From the human T2T-CHM13v2.0 reference genome, Homo sapiens: a stretch of DNA of 64,000 nucleotides. The notes under the pieces are model-generated. The model did no database searches. It had not been told where the DNA came from and worked only from the letters and a program-made list of their open reading frames with translations. How positions within the stretch are numbered: position 1 is the stretch's first letter; each line of letters starts with the position of its first letter. A program made the position numbers and the translations under genes. This document shows positions 1-13,134 of this stretch, piece after piece. The stretch lies in assembly GCF_009914755.1 (NCBI RefSeq), contig NC_060930.1; one strand, 5' to 3'.

Positions 1-3000
1 AAGCATTAAGACCATCCAGGAAAACTTGACCTCACCAAATGAACTAAATAAATAAGGCACTGGTGATCAATCCCAGAGACAGAGATATGTGACCTTTCAG
101 AAAATTCTAAATAGCAGTTTGAGGAAATTCAGCAAAATGTAAGATAACACACAGAAGGAATTCAGAATCCTATCAGATAAATTTAACAAAAAGGTTGAAA
201 TAATTAAAAAGAATCAAACAGAAATTCTGGAGCTGAAAAATGCAATGACATATGGAAGAATGCATCAGAGTCTCTTAAGAGCAGAACTAATCAAGCACAA
301 GAAAGAATTAGTGAGCTTAAAGATAGGCTATTTGAAAATGCACAGTCAGAGGAGACAAAAGAAAAGATAATAAAAGAGAATGAAACATGCCTACAAGATC
401 TAGGAAATAGCTTCAAAGGGGCAAATCTAAGAGTTACTGGCCTTAACCCATTTCCCGTTTGCCCATAAATACTCTTGTCTCTAATCCTAATGTAATATCA
501 TATACATTTCTGTTACATTAGGATTAGAGACAAGTTCTATTTAGAAATAACTCCAAGAACAGTTTTTATATTTTATTTTTACATTGTAAATCAGTCAGAT
601 TTGTTTCAGCCTCAAAGAGTATGTTGATATAAAATTAAATGAGCACTTGGCAGCAAGCTGCACTTTTTTTTCCTAAACAGGTAATAGGTTAAAGAGGAGA
701 TTGAGAAACAGATCAGGGGAGAAAGTTTATTCAAAAGGATAATAAGAGAGAACATCTCAAACCGAGAAACATATCAATATTCAAGTACAAGAAGGTCATA
801 AAACACCAAGCAGATTTAACCCAAATAAGGCTACCTCAAGACACTTAATAATCAAATTCCCATAGGTCAAGGATAAAGAAAGTATCCTAAAATCAGCAAG
901 AGAAAATAAATAAATAACATACAATGGAACTCCAATATGTCTGTCAGTAGACTTCTCAGTGGAAACCTTATAAGCCAGGAGACAGTGACATGACATATAT
1001 AAAGTGCTGAAGGAAAAACTTCTATCCTGGAGTAGCATATCCAGCAAAAATATCCTCCAAACATGGAGAAATAAAGACTTTCCTAGACAAAAAAAGCTGA
1101 GGGATTTCATCAACACCAGGACTGTCCTACAAGAATTGCTAAAGGAATGGACAATATGTTAGGCCACAAAACAAGTATTAAAATTCTCAAAAAATATTGA
1201 AATTATATCAAGGATAATCTGTGACCACAATGGAATAAAACTAAAAATCAATAACAAGAGGAATTTGGGGAACTATACAAATACATGAAAATTAAATAAT
1301 ATGCTCCTAAATGACCAGTGATCAATAAAGAAATTAAGAAGAAAATTTAACAATTACTTGAAATAAATGCTAATGAAAACATAACATACAAAAAATTATG
1401 GGATGTAGCAAAAGCAGTACTAAGAGGAACACTTATAGCAATAAGCACCTACATCAAAATAGTAGAAAAACTTCAGATAAACAACCTTACAATGCATCCT
1501 AAAGAACCAGAAAAGCAGAAGCAAACCAAACCCAAAATTAGTAGAGGAAAAGAAATAATAATGATTGAAGCAGAAATAAACAAAATTGAACTAAAAGAAT
1601 AATACAAAAGATCAACAAAATGAGAACTTCATTTTTTGAAAAGATAAACAAAATTGACAAATCTTTGGCCAGACTAAGAAAAAAAGAGAGAAAATTCAAA
1701 TAAGTAAAATGAAAGATGAAAAAGGAAACTTTACAACCAATACCACAGAAATTCAAAGGATTATCAGAGGCTACTGTAAGTAACTATATGCCAGTAAATT
1801 GGAAAGCCTAGAAGAAACGGATAAATTTGTAGACACAAACAACCTACAAAGATGGAACCATGAATAAATCCAAAACCTGAATAGACTGAGAACAACTAAT
1901 GAGATCAAAGCTGTAATTCAAAGTCTCCCATCAAAGAAAAGTCCAAGAACCAATGGCTTCACTGCTGAATTTTAGCAAACATTTAAAGATGAACTAACAC
2001 CAATCCTACTCAAACTATTCTAAAACATAGAGGAAGAGTGAATACTTTCAAACTCATTCTACAAGTCCAGTATTACTTGATACCAAAACCATGCAAAGAC
2101 ATATCAAAAAAAGAAAACTATAAGCCAATATCCCTGATGAACACTGAAGCAAAAATCTTCAACAAAATATTAGTGAACTAAATCCAACAACACATCATAA
2201 AAATAATACACCATAATCAAGTGGGATTTCTCTCAGGGATGCAAGGGTGGTTGAACATATGCAAATCAATAGATGTGATACATCATATCACAGAACGAAG
2301 TAAAAAAAACACATAATCATTTTAATTGACTCTGAAAAAGCACTTGATAAAATTCAACATCCCTTTATGATTAAAAAAAAAAACATTAAAAAACCGGGTA
2401 TAGAAGGAACACATCTCAACACAATAAAAGCCATATATAATAGACCCACAACTAATATCATACTGAATGGGGAAAAACTGAAAGCCTTTCCTCTAAGATC
2501 TGGAACATGACAAGGATGCCCACTTTCACCACTGTTACTCAACATAATACTGAAAGTCCTAGATAGAGCAATCGGACAAGAGAAAGAAATAAAGAGCATC
2601 CAAATTGTAAAGGAAGAAGTCAAATTATCCTTGTTGGCAGATGACATAATCTTATATTTAGAAAAACCTAAAGATTTCAATGAAAAACTATTAGAGCTGA
2701 TAAACAAATTCAGTAGTTGCAGAATACAAAATCAACATACAAAAATCAGTAGCATTTCTATATGCCAACAGTGAACAACATGAAAAAGAAATCCCATTTA
2801 CAACAGCTACAAATAAAACAAAATACGTAAAATTAATTTAACTGAAGAAATGAAAACTCCCTACAATGAAAACTATAAAACATTGTTGAAAGAAATTGAA
2901 GAGGACACAAAAAATGGAAAGATATTCCATGTTCATGAATTGGAAGAAACAATATTGTTAAAATGTCCTTACTACCCAAAGCAATCTACAGATTCAATGT

Positions 3001-4715
3001 AATTCCTATCAAAATACCAATGATATTCTTCACAGAAATAGAAAAAAATCCTAAAATTTATATGAAACCTCAAAAGACTCAGAATAGCCAAAGATATCCT
3101 GAGCAAAAAGAATAAAACTGGAGGAATTACATTACCTGACTTCAAATTATACTAAAAAGCTATAGTAGCCAAAACAGCATGGTACTCACATAAAAACAGA
3201 CACATAGACCAATGGAATAGAATAGAGAACCCAGAAAGAAATACATTCATCTATAGTGAACTCATTTTTTACAAATGTGCCAGGAACATACATTAAGGGA
3301 AAAACAGTCTCTTCAATAAATAGTGCTGAAAAAACTGGATATCTATATGCAGAAGAATGAAACTAGATTCCCATCTCTCATCATAAACAAAAGGCAGATT
3401 AACTGGATCAAAGACTTAAATCTAAGACTCAAACTATGAAACTGCCACAAGAAAACCTTAGAGAGCTCTCCAGGACATTGGACTGGGCAAAAATTTGTTG
3501 AATAATACCCCACAGCATAGGCAACCAAAGCAAAGATGTACAAATGGAATCCCATCGATTTAAAAAGCTTCTGCATAGCAAAGGAAACAGTCAACAAAAT
3601 AAAGAGACAGTCCACTGAATGGGAGAAGATATTTGCAAACTACCCATCTGAGAAGAGATTAATAACCAGAATATACAAGAAACTCAAACAACCAGGAAAA
3701 AAAACTTAATGATCAGATTTTTTAATGGGCAAAAGATCTGAATAGACATTTCTCAAAGACATACAAATGGCAAATAGGTTTATGAAAAGGTGCTCAACTT
3801 CATTGATAATCAGAGAAATTCAAATCAAAACTACAATGAGATATCATCCCAACCCAGCTAAAATGGCTTTTATCCAAAAGACTGGCAACAACAAATGCTG
3901 GAAAGGATGTGGAGAAAAAGGAAATCTTTGTACACTGTTAGAGGGAATGTAAATTAGTACAATCACTATGGAGAACAGATAGGAGGTTCCTTAAAGAACT
4001 AAAGATAGAACCATCATATGATCCAGCAATCCCACTGCTAGGTATGTACCCAAAAGAAAGAAAATGAGTATATAGAAGAGATATCTGCATTCCCATGTTT
4101 ATTGCAGCACTATTCATAATAGCCAAGATTTGGAAGCAACCTAAGTGTCCATCAACAGATGAATGGACAAAGAAAATGTGGTACATATACACAATGGAGT
4201 ACCATTTAGCCACAAAAAAAATGAATGAGATCCTGTCATGTGCAACAACATGGATGGAAGTGGAGAACATAATGTTAAGTGAAAGCCAGGCACAGAAAGA
4301 CAAACTTCACGTGTTCTCACTTATTTGTAGGAGCTACAGATAAAAACAGTTGAACTCATGGAGACAGAAAGTAGAATGATGGTTACCAGAGGCTGGGAAG
4401 AGTAGTTGGGCAAGTCGGGAGAAGGGAGCATGGTTAATCAGCACAAAAATACAGTTTGATAGAATGAATAAGAGCTATTATAGTATTTGATAGCACAACA
4501 AGGTGACTACAGTCGACAACAATTTATTGTATATTTAAAAACAACTAAAAGTATAATTAGATTGTCTGTAACACAAAGAAAGGATAAATACTTGAGATGA
4601 TGGATACCCCATTTACCCTCATGTGAGTATTATGCACTATATGCCTGTATCAGAATATCTCATGCACTCCATAAGTATATACAACTACTATGTACTCACA
4701 GAAATTAAAAATTTT
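1..4715 (+). mobile_element. Old LINE-1 (L1MA1-3-like); 5' end lies outside the window; degenerate ORF1 and ORF2 plus 3' UTR; ~1.1 kb internal deletion near 1146
   Basis: ORF1-like sequence 1-1145. ORF2 RT and C-terminal remnants (e.g. [20 protein letters not shown] at 4095). L1MA-type 3' UTR (gaactcatggagacagaaagtagaatgatggttaccagaggctggg ... ctatgtactcacagaaattaaaa). Many stops and frameshifts. Confidence 0.93.
447..688 (+). mobile_element. piggyBac-family MITE (MER75B-like), complete, inserted in L1 ORF1
   Basis: TTAA at 443-446 and 689-692. Terminal inverted repeats cccatttcccgttt / aaacaggtaatagg (3 mismatches). Length 242 bp. Internal perfect 22-bp inverted repeat at 474-495 / 513-534. 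Confidence 0.9.
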
Positions 4716-5379
4716 TTAAAAATTGAATTAATATTTGGTCTGAATAAGCTGGGTTTCTGTATTTGGTGCACCATATTTCTGTTTTGTTTTAACTAAGACA
4801 GTTTTTCACCTACATTTTATTAAATTTATATTGAGTTAACCCTAGAAATACTTTTTTTAAAAGGTCCACCTTTATCTTATCTTTTTACTTCACTGGTATT
4901 TGATAATGCTTTAGTCTCTGCAGCAATATACAATTTTTATTAAATAGGTCTTGTCTATAAGTTATAAGTTTTCAAGACACAGACTTGTCTCCCTTCCATT
5001 GTTGTTTTAGTGGATATATAAAGACATAAAATAAGACTTTAAATTAGAGCCTCTGCTTCACTGAGTCCAAGGTCACTCAAAAATTAATTTAGGATGAAAA
5101 ATATAATATTATAGCATATTGGTACAACTTTTTTCCAAAGAAAATATACTGTGTCTTATAAATAGTCATTGCTTGCTGCAGCAACACTGCTGGGGAAAAA
5201 AAATGTAAAAAGTATCTGTGTTTTCCAGAACAAGCTAAGATGCTAAGACTCCAAGTGAGCAAGTGATTTGAATGAAACCACTCAGTGAGCCAAAGGTAAG
5301 AATGAAAACAGGCTGCAGGACCCTAATTCCAAGTTATGTTGTGTTGATTAAAATTTGGTTATTTAATCTCACTTCTGGG

Positions 5380-5604
5380 CAGAAGTGGATTTATCCTGAA
5401 TCCAATGAAGCTTAAACTCCAGAGCCCCACATACGCATACATCTCTTTCAGAGCCCTGGAAGCAGAGCCCATATAACCTCACTTAGTGTATGACTTTGTA
5501 AAAATTGCAAAGGTGCACATTGAAACCTAACTTCACTCTGACTTTAAAGAGGATTACTCAAATTTTATAAGCTTCAGATTCTGCAAAACAGGAATTCCTT
5601 CTTG
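5380..5604 (+). mobile_element. hAT-Tip100 non-autonomous element (MER115/Zaphod-like), internally deleted
   Basis: Start cagaagtggatttatcctgaatccaatgaagcttaaactccagagcccc and end aaattttataagcttcagattctgcaaaacaggaattcc resemble recalled Zaphod/MER115 termini. Confidence 0.55.
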
Positions 5605-6382
5605 TGCTAGATTTACATTAAAACATTACCTGTGTTTCTCAGCTGATTACTTACCCCTATGACTCACAAACCAACCAAAATATTTTGTCTTTCAGAAGAG
5701 ACATGTTAGTCCAAAATTAACTCAGGCCTCACAGCATCTTCCCAACTAACAACTTCACTAATCCATGGTCTTCCAGAAGACATTTTACAATTACTCTGAA
5801 CCTTTGTGAGAAACTTAGGAAGCTTTAGTGCATCAATGAGCAGTTAACATCTGTGGATCCCTACTGAGATCTGAGGTTTAAACCAATTAGTGGCAACCAG
5901 GAGCTTTGCAATGTGCTTTCATACAGAACAAGCATATGCTTATGTTTTAAATTTAAAAACATACTCTCCTGTAGAGAATGTCCACACGGCATTCTCCTTC
6001 TTTGGCTCATGTAATTATTATTACATTTTGTGCTCCAAGAGTGATTATGGGACTCACAGAAACCCTGAGTCCCAAAAGAAAAATATTTCTACATAAGAAA
6101 CCATACTCTTTGAATCCCATTATTTTGTGGACTTCTATTCATGTAGTTCTTTGTATCTGTTTATTTGCAAGCCTCCAGAGTTTGTTCTTCATTCTCCACT
6201 CCCAGATCCCAGCCAAAATGCTAGATAAAAAGAAATGAGCCTTAAAATAATGGCCAGACACCCTAGTGGTACAATCCTTTTAGGCTGAAAGCTAGCCATG
6301 GAGAAGAGATGGTAACTCACCCTTATCTCCAACTTTTGAAATTTTAACTAATGTTGCACAGTTTGTCCTTACTAGTTTCATT

Positions 6383-6568
6383 AATAATAATAATATCTAA
6401 CATTTATTGAGCTAGGACTATGTGCCAGGCACTATACTAAGTACTTGACTGGCATTCACTGTCTCATTTAACCAACCCAATAACAATAGAGGGTAGGTAC
6501 TCTTTAATGTCTCTTTATAAATAAGGAAACTGAAGCACAACAAGGTTAAGCAATTTTCCCAGAGTTAC
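6383..6568 (-). mobile_element. MIR SINE
   Basis: taacatttattgagc...tgtgccaggcact...aaggaaactgaagcacaa...ggttaagcaattttccca, antisense MIR core and tail. Confidence 0.8.
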
Positions 6569-6619
6569 TTTTGGTGACTCTGGGAAAGTCACAAAAATGA
6601 AAGATTGGTGACTACCATC

Positions 6620-7611
6620 TTTCATTCCTAGGAATGCTCAGTCCCAGCCTCTCTCAATATAGGTTTAGGGGTGTGACTTAGGCTGGCCAATTAAAGAATC
6701 CCATTCCTCTAGCCACAATGATTAATTCAGGGATGGGCATCGTATTAGTTTTCTACTGCTGCGTAACGAACAACTGCAAACACAGAAGGTTAAAAACAAC
6801 ACCACCAGTTTATCAGCTCATAGGTCTGAGGATCAAAAGTCCAGTCACAACATGGATGCCTTCTCTGCACAGAGCATCATAAGCCTAAAATCAATGTGTC
6901 AGCCAGGATGAGTTCTCATCTAGATGCTCCAGGGGTGAAATCTGCTTCCAAGTTCATTCTTGTTCAATTCCTTGCCATTGTTGGACTGAGGATCCATTTC
7001 CTTGCTGAGTCTCAGCCAGGGGCCACTCTCAGTTGCTAGTGGCTGCTCACATTCCCTGCCATAAGGCCCCCTTCATCTTCAAGCCAGCAAGTGTGTTGAA
7101 TTCTTCTTATACTTTACATCTCTGATATCACCATCTCTGACCTCTAGATCCAGATTTAAAGGGCTCATGTAATGAGGTAAGGCCCACCCAGACAATCTCT
7201 CTAGCTTAATATCAACTGATTTGGGATCTTAGTTATATCTATAAACCCTTTTTCAGCAACATCTAGATTAGTGCCTGATGAAATAACTGGGAAAAGGTGT
7301 TATGGACACCAGGGGCTGGGAATTTTGAGCACTATCTTAGAATTCTGCCTCCCACAGGCACATAAATAAACCAAGCTAGTCTAGTCAGTATCCTCTACAC
7401 AAAGAACCCTTCTTTCTTCTCTGAGCTCACTAACTGTATGCACAACATATGGTTGGAGCTTCGAGATGGAGAGAGCATGACTGCAAATGAAACTAAAATA
7501 GAAGGAAGAAAAGTTGAAAGAGATGATGCCGATAACATTATTAAAGTCTCTGGATGCAGCAGCTTGAGTTGGCCTTCCGTTATGTGCAACCAAAGAGTTC
7601 TGACCAATACA
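6620..7611 (+). mobile_element. ERVL LTR (LTR16-like), split by an MLT1E insertion
   Basis: gtgacttaggctggccaat...cagggatgggca on the left; ends gcaaccaaagagttctgaccaataca on the right. Confidence 0.55.
6741..7356 (-). mobile_element. MaLR solo LTR (MLT1E-like)
   Basis: (c)gtattagttttctactgctgcgtaac ... cttagaattctgcctcccaca; 616 bp; 5-bp TSD ggcat/ggcac. Confidence 0.8.
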
Positions 7612-7837
7612 ACTTTCTCACTCCAAAGTCCAAGTTCTTAACTACCAGGAAATTTTTCACTTTCTTTGACTAGGCTTTTGTATTCTAAGTCTGATTTGTA
7701 TGAGTCTTTTGCACATTTTTTTAAAAAAACAAGCCAGCACTGTCAATCTTCATTTTTCCTTCCTATAATTATTTAAATGATATTAAAACATAAGAAAGCT
7801 ATATCAATTAGTGACAAATATTTGTTAAATTGATAGG

Positions 7838-7935
7838 TAAACATCAGGGGAAGCTGAGTGAGGGCGCGCACAAACTCTCTGTACTATTTCTGCAACTTTA
7901 GTTAAGTCTTAAATGATTTTAAAATTAAAGGTTGT
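7838..7935 (+). mobile_element. L1M 3'-end fragment
   Basis: aacatcaggggaagctgagtgaggg...ctctgtactatttctgcaactt. Confidence 0.6.
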
Positions 7936-8289
7936 ATTTTAAAAGTCCATTGATAATCGACTCAGACATCAAATTAAGTCAACCATACTGCTTTGCTATA
8001 CGTTTATAAAATATTTTTTTCTGTTTTCAGGTAAAATATACAAGATGAAGAAGCAGGGACCAACTGTGCAAGAAACCTTGCATGTAGTCCTCTCTATTGA
8101 AAAGTTCTAAACCTAAAAATATTAAATATATTGTATTTAATATGTAATGTAAATATTTAGGTGTATTGACATCTAAAAAGTGTGCCACCATTCTTATTGA
8201 TGTCATTTGTTACTACTGACAATGCTGAAAGCATCAATAGTTTTCTGTCTCCTGTAATCTTTTCTTCTTTAATTATTGTTGTCTTTTGG

Positions 8290-8598
<309 letters not shown>

Positions 8599-8605
8599 TT
8601 TAATT

Positions 8606-9000
8606 GTTATAGGCTGAATTGTGTCCCTACCCCAACTCCAAAATTTATATGCTGAATTTCCAACCCCCAGTACCTCAGAACTGACTGTATTTGAAGACTG
8701 GGTATTTAAAGAGGTAATGAAAGTTAAATAAAATCATTAGGATGGGTCCTAATCCATCTGGACTGGTATCATTATAAGAAAAGGAGATTAGAACATAGAA
8801 TACATAGAAGGAAGATCAGGTGAAGATATGGGGGAAAACAGCCATCTACAAGCCAAGGAGAGAAGGCTTAGAAGAAACCAACCCTTCTGACACCTCAATC
8901 TTGGATTTCTAGCACCTAGAACTGTGAGAAAATAAATTTCTGTTGTTTAAGCCACCCAGTCTGTGGTACTTTGTTATGGCAGCCCTAGCAAATTTATACA
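8606..9000 (+). mobile_element. MaLR solo LTR (MLT1A/B-like)
   Basis: tgttataggctgaattgtgtccc ... agaactgtgagaaaataaatttctgttgtttaagccacccagt ... ataca. Confidence 0.85.
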
Positions 9001-9425
9001 GATTAGTATGATGTTAAATACGGTACAGGCATATCTCATTTGATTGTGCTTCACTTTACTGTTCTTTGCAGATATTGCATTTTTTACAAATTGAAGGTTT
9101 GTATCAACCATGCATCAAGCAAGTCTATCAGCACAATTTTTCTAACAACATGTGCTCACTTCATGTCTCTCGTGTCACACTTTGGTAATTCTTGCAATGT
9201 TTCAACCTTTTTCATTATTGTATCTCTTAGAGTGATCTGTGATTGGTGATCCTTGATACTACTATTGTAACTGTTTTGGGGTGCCATGAGCCACATCCAT
9301 ACAAGACAGTAAATTTGATCAAAAAGAGATTGCTCCCTTGCTCCCCTGTCTTTCTCCCTCTTTTCAGGCTTCCTTATTGCCTGAGACACAACAATATTGA
9401 AGTTAGGATAATTAATAACTCTGCG

Positions 9426-11120
9426 ATGGCCTCTAAGTGTTTAGGTGAAAGGAGGAGTTGCACATCTCTCACTTTAAATCAAAAGCTAGAAATGATTAAG
9501 CTTAGTGAGGAAGGCATGTCAAAAGCCAAGATAGGCTGAAAGGTAGACCTCTTACACCAAACAGTTATCTAAGTTGTGAATGTAAGGAAAAAGTTTTTGA
9601 AGTAAATTATAAGTGCTATTTCTTTCTCCATATTAGCATTAAGGCTATTTTTCTTTCTTATCAAGTAATCTTTATTATCAAGTAATCTTTCTTATCAAGT
9701 AATCTTTATTATCAAGTAATAAGAAAGAGAAATGATAAGAAAGAGAAACAGACTTAATGCTAATATGGAGAATGTTTGAGTGGTCTGGATAGACATCAAA
9801 CCAGCCACAACATTCCCTTAACCCAAAGCCTAACCCTGACTTGCTTCAATTTTATGAAGGCTAAGTGAGGTGAGGAAGCTGCAGAAGAAAAGTTGGAAGC
9901 AAGCAGCGATTGGTTCATGAGGTTGAAGGAAAGAAGCCATCTCCATAACATAAAAGTATAAGGTGAAGTAGCAAGTGCTAATACAGAAGCCATAACAGGT
10001 TATGCAGAAGATCTAGCTATGATCGTTGATGAAGGTGGTTACGTTAAACAACAGATTTTTAATGTGGACAAAATAGCCCTCTATTGGAAGAATAATTCAG
10101 CTAGGACTTTCATAGCCAGAGAGAATAAATGCCTGGCTTCAAAGTTTCAAAAAACAGGCTGACTCTCTTAATGAGACGAATGCAGCTGATGACTTGAAGG
10201 TGAAGCCAGTGCTCATTTAACATTCTGAAAATCCTAGGGTCCTTAAGAGTTGTATGAAATCAACCCTGCCTGTGCTGTATAAATAAAATAATCAAGCCTG
10301 AATGAGAGCACATCTGTTTACAGCATGGTTTACTGAATATTTGAAGTCCACTGTTGAGACCTACTGCTCAGAAACAAAAAGATTTATTTCAAAATATTAC
10401 TGTTCATTAACAATGCACCTTGTCACCCAAGAGGTCTGATAGAGATGCATAAGGAAATTAATGTTGTTTTTATTCCTGCTAACAGAACATCCATTGTACA
10501 GCACATAGAGCAAGGAGTAATTTCAACCTTCTAGTCTTATTATTTAAGAAATACATTTTGTAAGGCTATAGCTGCCATACACAGTAATTCCTCTGACAAA
10601 TCTGGCAAAGTAAATTGAAAATCCGCTGGAAAGGATTCACCATTCTAGATGCCATTAAGAACATCTGTGATTCTTAGGGAGTGGTCAAAATATCAGCATT
10701 AACAGGAGTTTGAAAGAAGCTGATTCCTACTTTCATGAATGACTTCGAGGGGTTCAGGACTTCAATGGAGGAATTTGCTGCAGCTGTGGTGGAAATACTG
10801 AGAACTAGAATTAGACATAGACCCTGAAGATGGGACTGAATTGCTGCAATCTCATGATAAAACTTGAATGGATGCGGAGTTTCTTCTTATGGATGAGAAA
10901 GAAAGTGGTTTCTTGAGATGGAATCTACTCATGGAGATGATGATGCTGTGAATATTGCTGAAATGACAATAAAGGATTTAGAATATTACATAAACATAGT
11001 TAATAAAGCAGCAGCAGCATTTGAGAGGACTGACTCCAATTTTGAAAGAAGTTCCACTGTGGGTAAAATGCTATCAAATGGTAGCACATGCTACAGAGAA
11101 ATATTTTGTAAAAGGAAGTC
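9426..11120 (+). pseudogene. Tigger1 transposase, disrupted
   Basis: ATG at 9426, first stop at 9537-9539. C-terminal remnant ...[40 protein letters not shown] at 10918+. Confidence 0.85.
9653..9720. repeat. 4 x 17-bp tandem repeat CTTT(C/A)TTATCAAGTAAT (= 2 x 34-mer)
   Basis: Units at 9653, 9670, 9687 and 9704 with alternating C/A. Confidence 0.95.
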
Positions 11121-11131
11121 AATCGGAGCTC

Positions 11132-11331
11132 CCAAGTACCTGGGACCACAGACAGGCACCACCATGCCCAGCTTTTTTTTTCTTTTTCTTTTTCGTTCTT
11201 TGTCTTTTTAGTAGATACATGGTCTGGTTATGTCATGTTGCCCAGGCTGGTCTCAAGCTCCTGAGCTCAAGCCATCCACCCGCCTCAGCCTCCCAAAGTG
11301 TTGGGATTACAGGCATGAGCCACCATGCCCA
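11132..11331 (-). mobile_element. AluJ-like fragment lacking the 3' end and poly-A, inside Tigger1
   Basis: Left monomer, linker and ~40 bp of the right monomer only. Confidence 0.85.
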
Positions 11332-12210
11332 GACTTCATTGTTATTGCCACAGTCACCACGACTTTCAGCAACCACCACCCTAATAAGTCAGCAACTATC
11401 AACATTGAGGCAAGACCTTCCACCTGCAAAAAGATTAGGACTCACTGAAGGCTTAGACGATAGTTAGCATTTTTTGCAATAAAGTATTTTTTAATTAAGA
11501 TGTGTATATCGTGTTTTTAGATATAATGCTATTGCACACTTAACAGATTGTAGTATAGGTAAACATGACTTCTATATGCACTGAGAAGCCAAAAAGATTA
11601 TGTGACTCGCTTTATTGCAATACTTGCTTTATTATAGTGGTCTAAAATCAAATAGGCAATTTCTCTGAGGTACGCCTGTACTTAGTTCCAGTTCTAAGCA
11701 AAGGTCTTTGGCAAGGAGGAGATTAGGTCCAATTTTAGGTTGTGAACTCTGATCCGCTAAAAATTTAATGAACCTTCTTGTTCCAACCTAACACTGAATG
11801 GCAAGCCAGCTTTCCCAACAGGATGTCTTTCGGTGAGGTAAATGGAGAGGTTTAAGGCTGCAGGAAATCTGAGGACTGCACAGAGGACTGTCCAGGAGAT
11901 GGTTAAAATGGTGCCCAAATGGGTACCATTACGCCACCTGCAACTCAGTGCCTTTGAAAAGCTATCTGTGAAGGGAAGTATGTTTTCCTATTAACTTCCA
12001 TTAATAATTCCAAAGGTGCATTTATGAAAAATAGAGACAGTAGAAAAAGGTGACACTGTCAGAGCTTGGAGAATACTGTTCTTCAGGGAGTGTCTTACTG
12101 ACAAAGATTCTAATGTTATTGCTAGGCAGTATAGCCCAAGTGTTAGGATTTTTTTTTAACTCCCTAGGAGATTTCAAATTTCAGTCATAATTGCAATCAT
12201 CTGATATACA

Positions 12211-12376
12211 ACAGCGCATCTCCAACATGAATAAATATACAGATAACCTGGGGATCTTATTAAAATGCAGATTCTGATTCAGGAGGTCTAAAGTGATGCC
12301 TAAGAATCTATGTTTCTAAAAAGTTCAGGGAATGCCAGGACTGCTGGTCTGTGAAACACACCTGGAGCAGAAAGGC
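12211..12376. mobile_element. MER5A/B hAT-Charlie MITE
   Basis: acctggggatcttattaaaatgcagattctgattcaggaggtct. Confidence 0.75.
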
Positions 12377-13134
12377 TCCAGTAGACAGCAACATGCAAGG
12401 GTGGCATTAATTTAATCAGAAAAACCCAGAGGGCAATTTGGAGACACAAAAAGTGGAACCTGTAGGAAACAGAAACAATGTTCTTTAGCTTTGGCTACTG
12501 TGAGATCACCTTGCAGGGAAATCCATGAGTGGAACTACATCTTCCTTGCTCTGTTTCCATAAACTCATCAAGCAACTACATCATTAAGCTGCTGTGATCT
12601 AAGTCAAACATTGTAGGGATGGGGAGAGAGTAGCTTCCTTTTATGAGTAGAAACAATCTGGAGTGGGAAAGATGTATTCATCTTCTTTTCATGTGGCACC
12701 TGCCTGCTACAAGCTGTAAACAACAGGGGAACTCATTTGGCACACTTTCCCTGCAGCGATTTGTCAGATGTCATAATTCCATGAATAAAAAGCCATTGGG
12801 AAAGAATAATGAATGTATTCCTAAGTATTGAATTTCTGTTTATCCTGATATCTCTTGAGTCTCAGCTTTTACCTGGGTGCCAACATTCTTTTAATATTAA
12901 TATTATTAAGCTTTCTGGAAAAAAATTTTTTATTATACTTTAAGTTCTGGGATATATCTGCAGAAAGTGCAGATTTGTTACATAGGTATACATGTACCAT
13001 GGTGGTTTACTTCGCAACAAACCTGTCACCTACATTAGGTATTTCTCCTAATGCTATCCTTCTCCTTGCCCCCTACCCCACAACAGGCCCCAGTGTGTGA
13101 TGTTTCCCTCCCTGTGCCCATATGTTCTCCTTGT

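Larger units (their letters stand above)
9026..11678 (+). mobile_element. Tigger1 (Tc1/mariner pogo-type) DNA transposon, near full length
   Basis: TA|caggcatatctc ... gaggtacgcctg|TA, i.e. both TIRs and a TA TSD. Transposase N-terminus MASKCLGERRSCTSLTLNQKLEMIKLSEEGMSKAKIG. Confidence 0.95.

Noticed and set aside
1-4715. Segmental duplication between 1-4715 and 56100-61490
   Set aside because: Visible divergence is high and similarity is confined to L1 sequence; independent copies of a related subfamily explain it.
8010-8040. Polypyrimidine-CAG|GT acceptor or recursive-splice-like site (similar sites at ~43705, and 45349 with a possible 17-nt microexon)
   Set aside because: Such motifs occur by chance at this density; no host transcript or coding frame can be shown.
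9653-9720. CRISPR-like appearance of short repeats (also 26421-26645)
   Set aside because: Direct tandem units with no unique spacers and no cas genes; eukaryotic context.
11021-11467. 148-aa ORF and other Alu-spanning ORFs (e.g. 45946-46377, 21351-21668)
   Set aside because: Typical Alu and poly-T reading frames with no exon structure.
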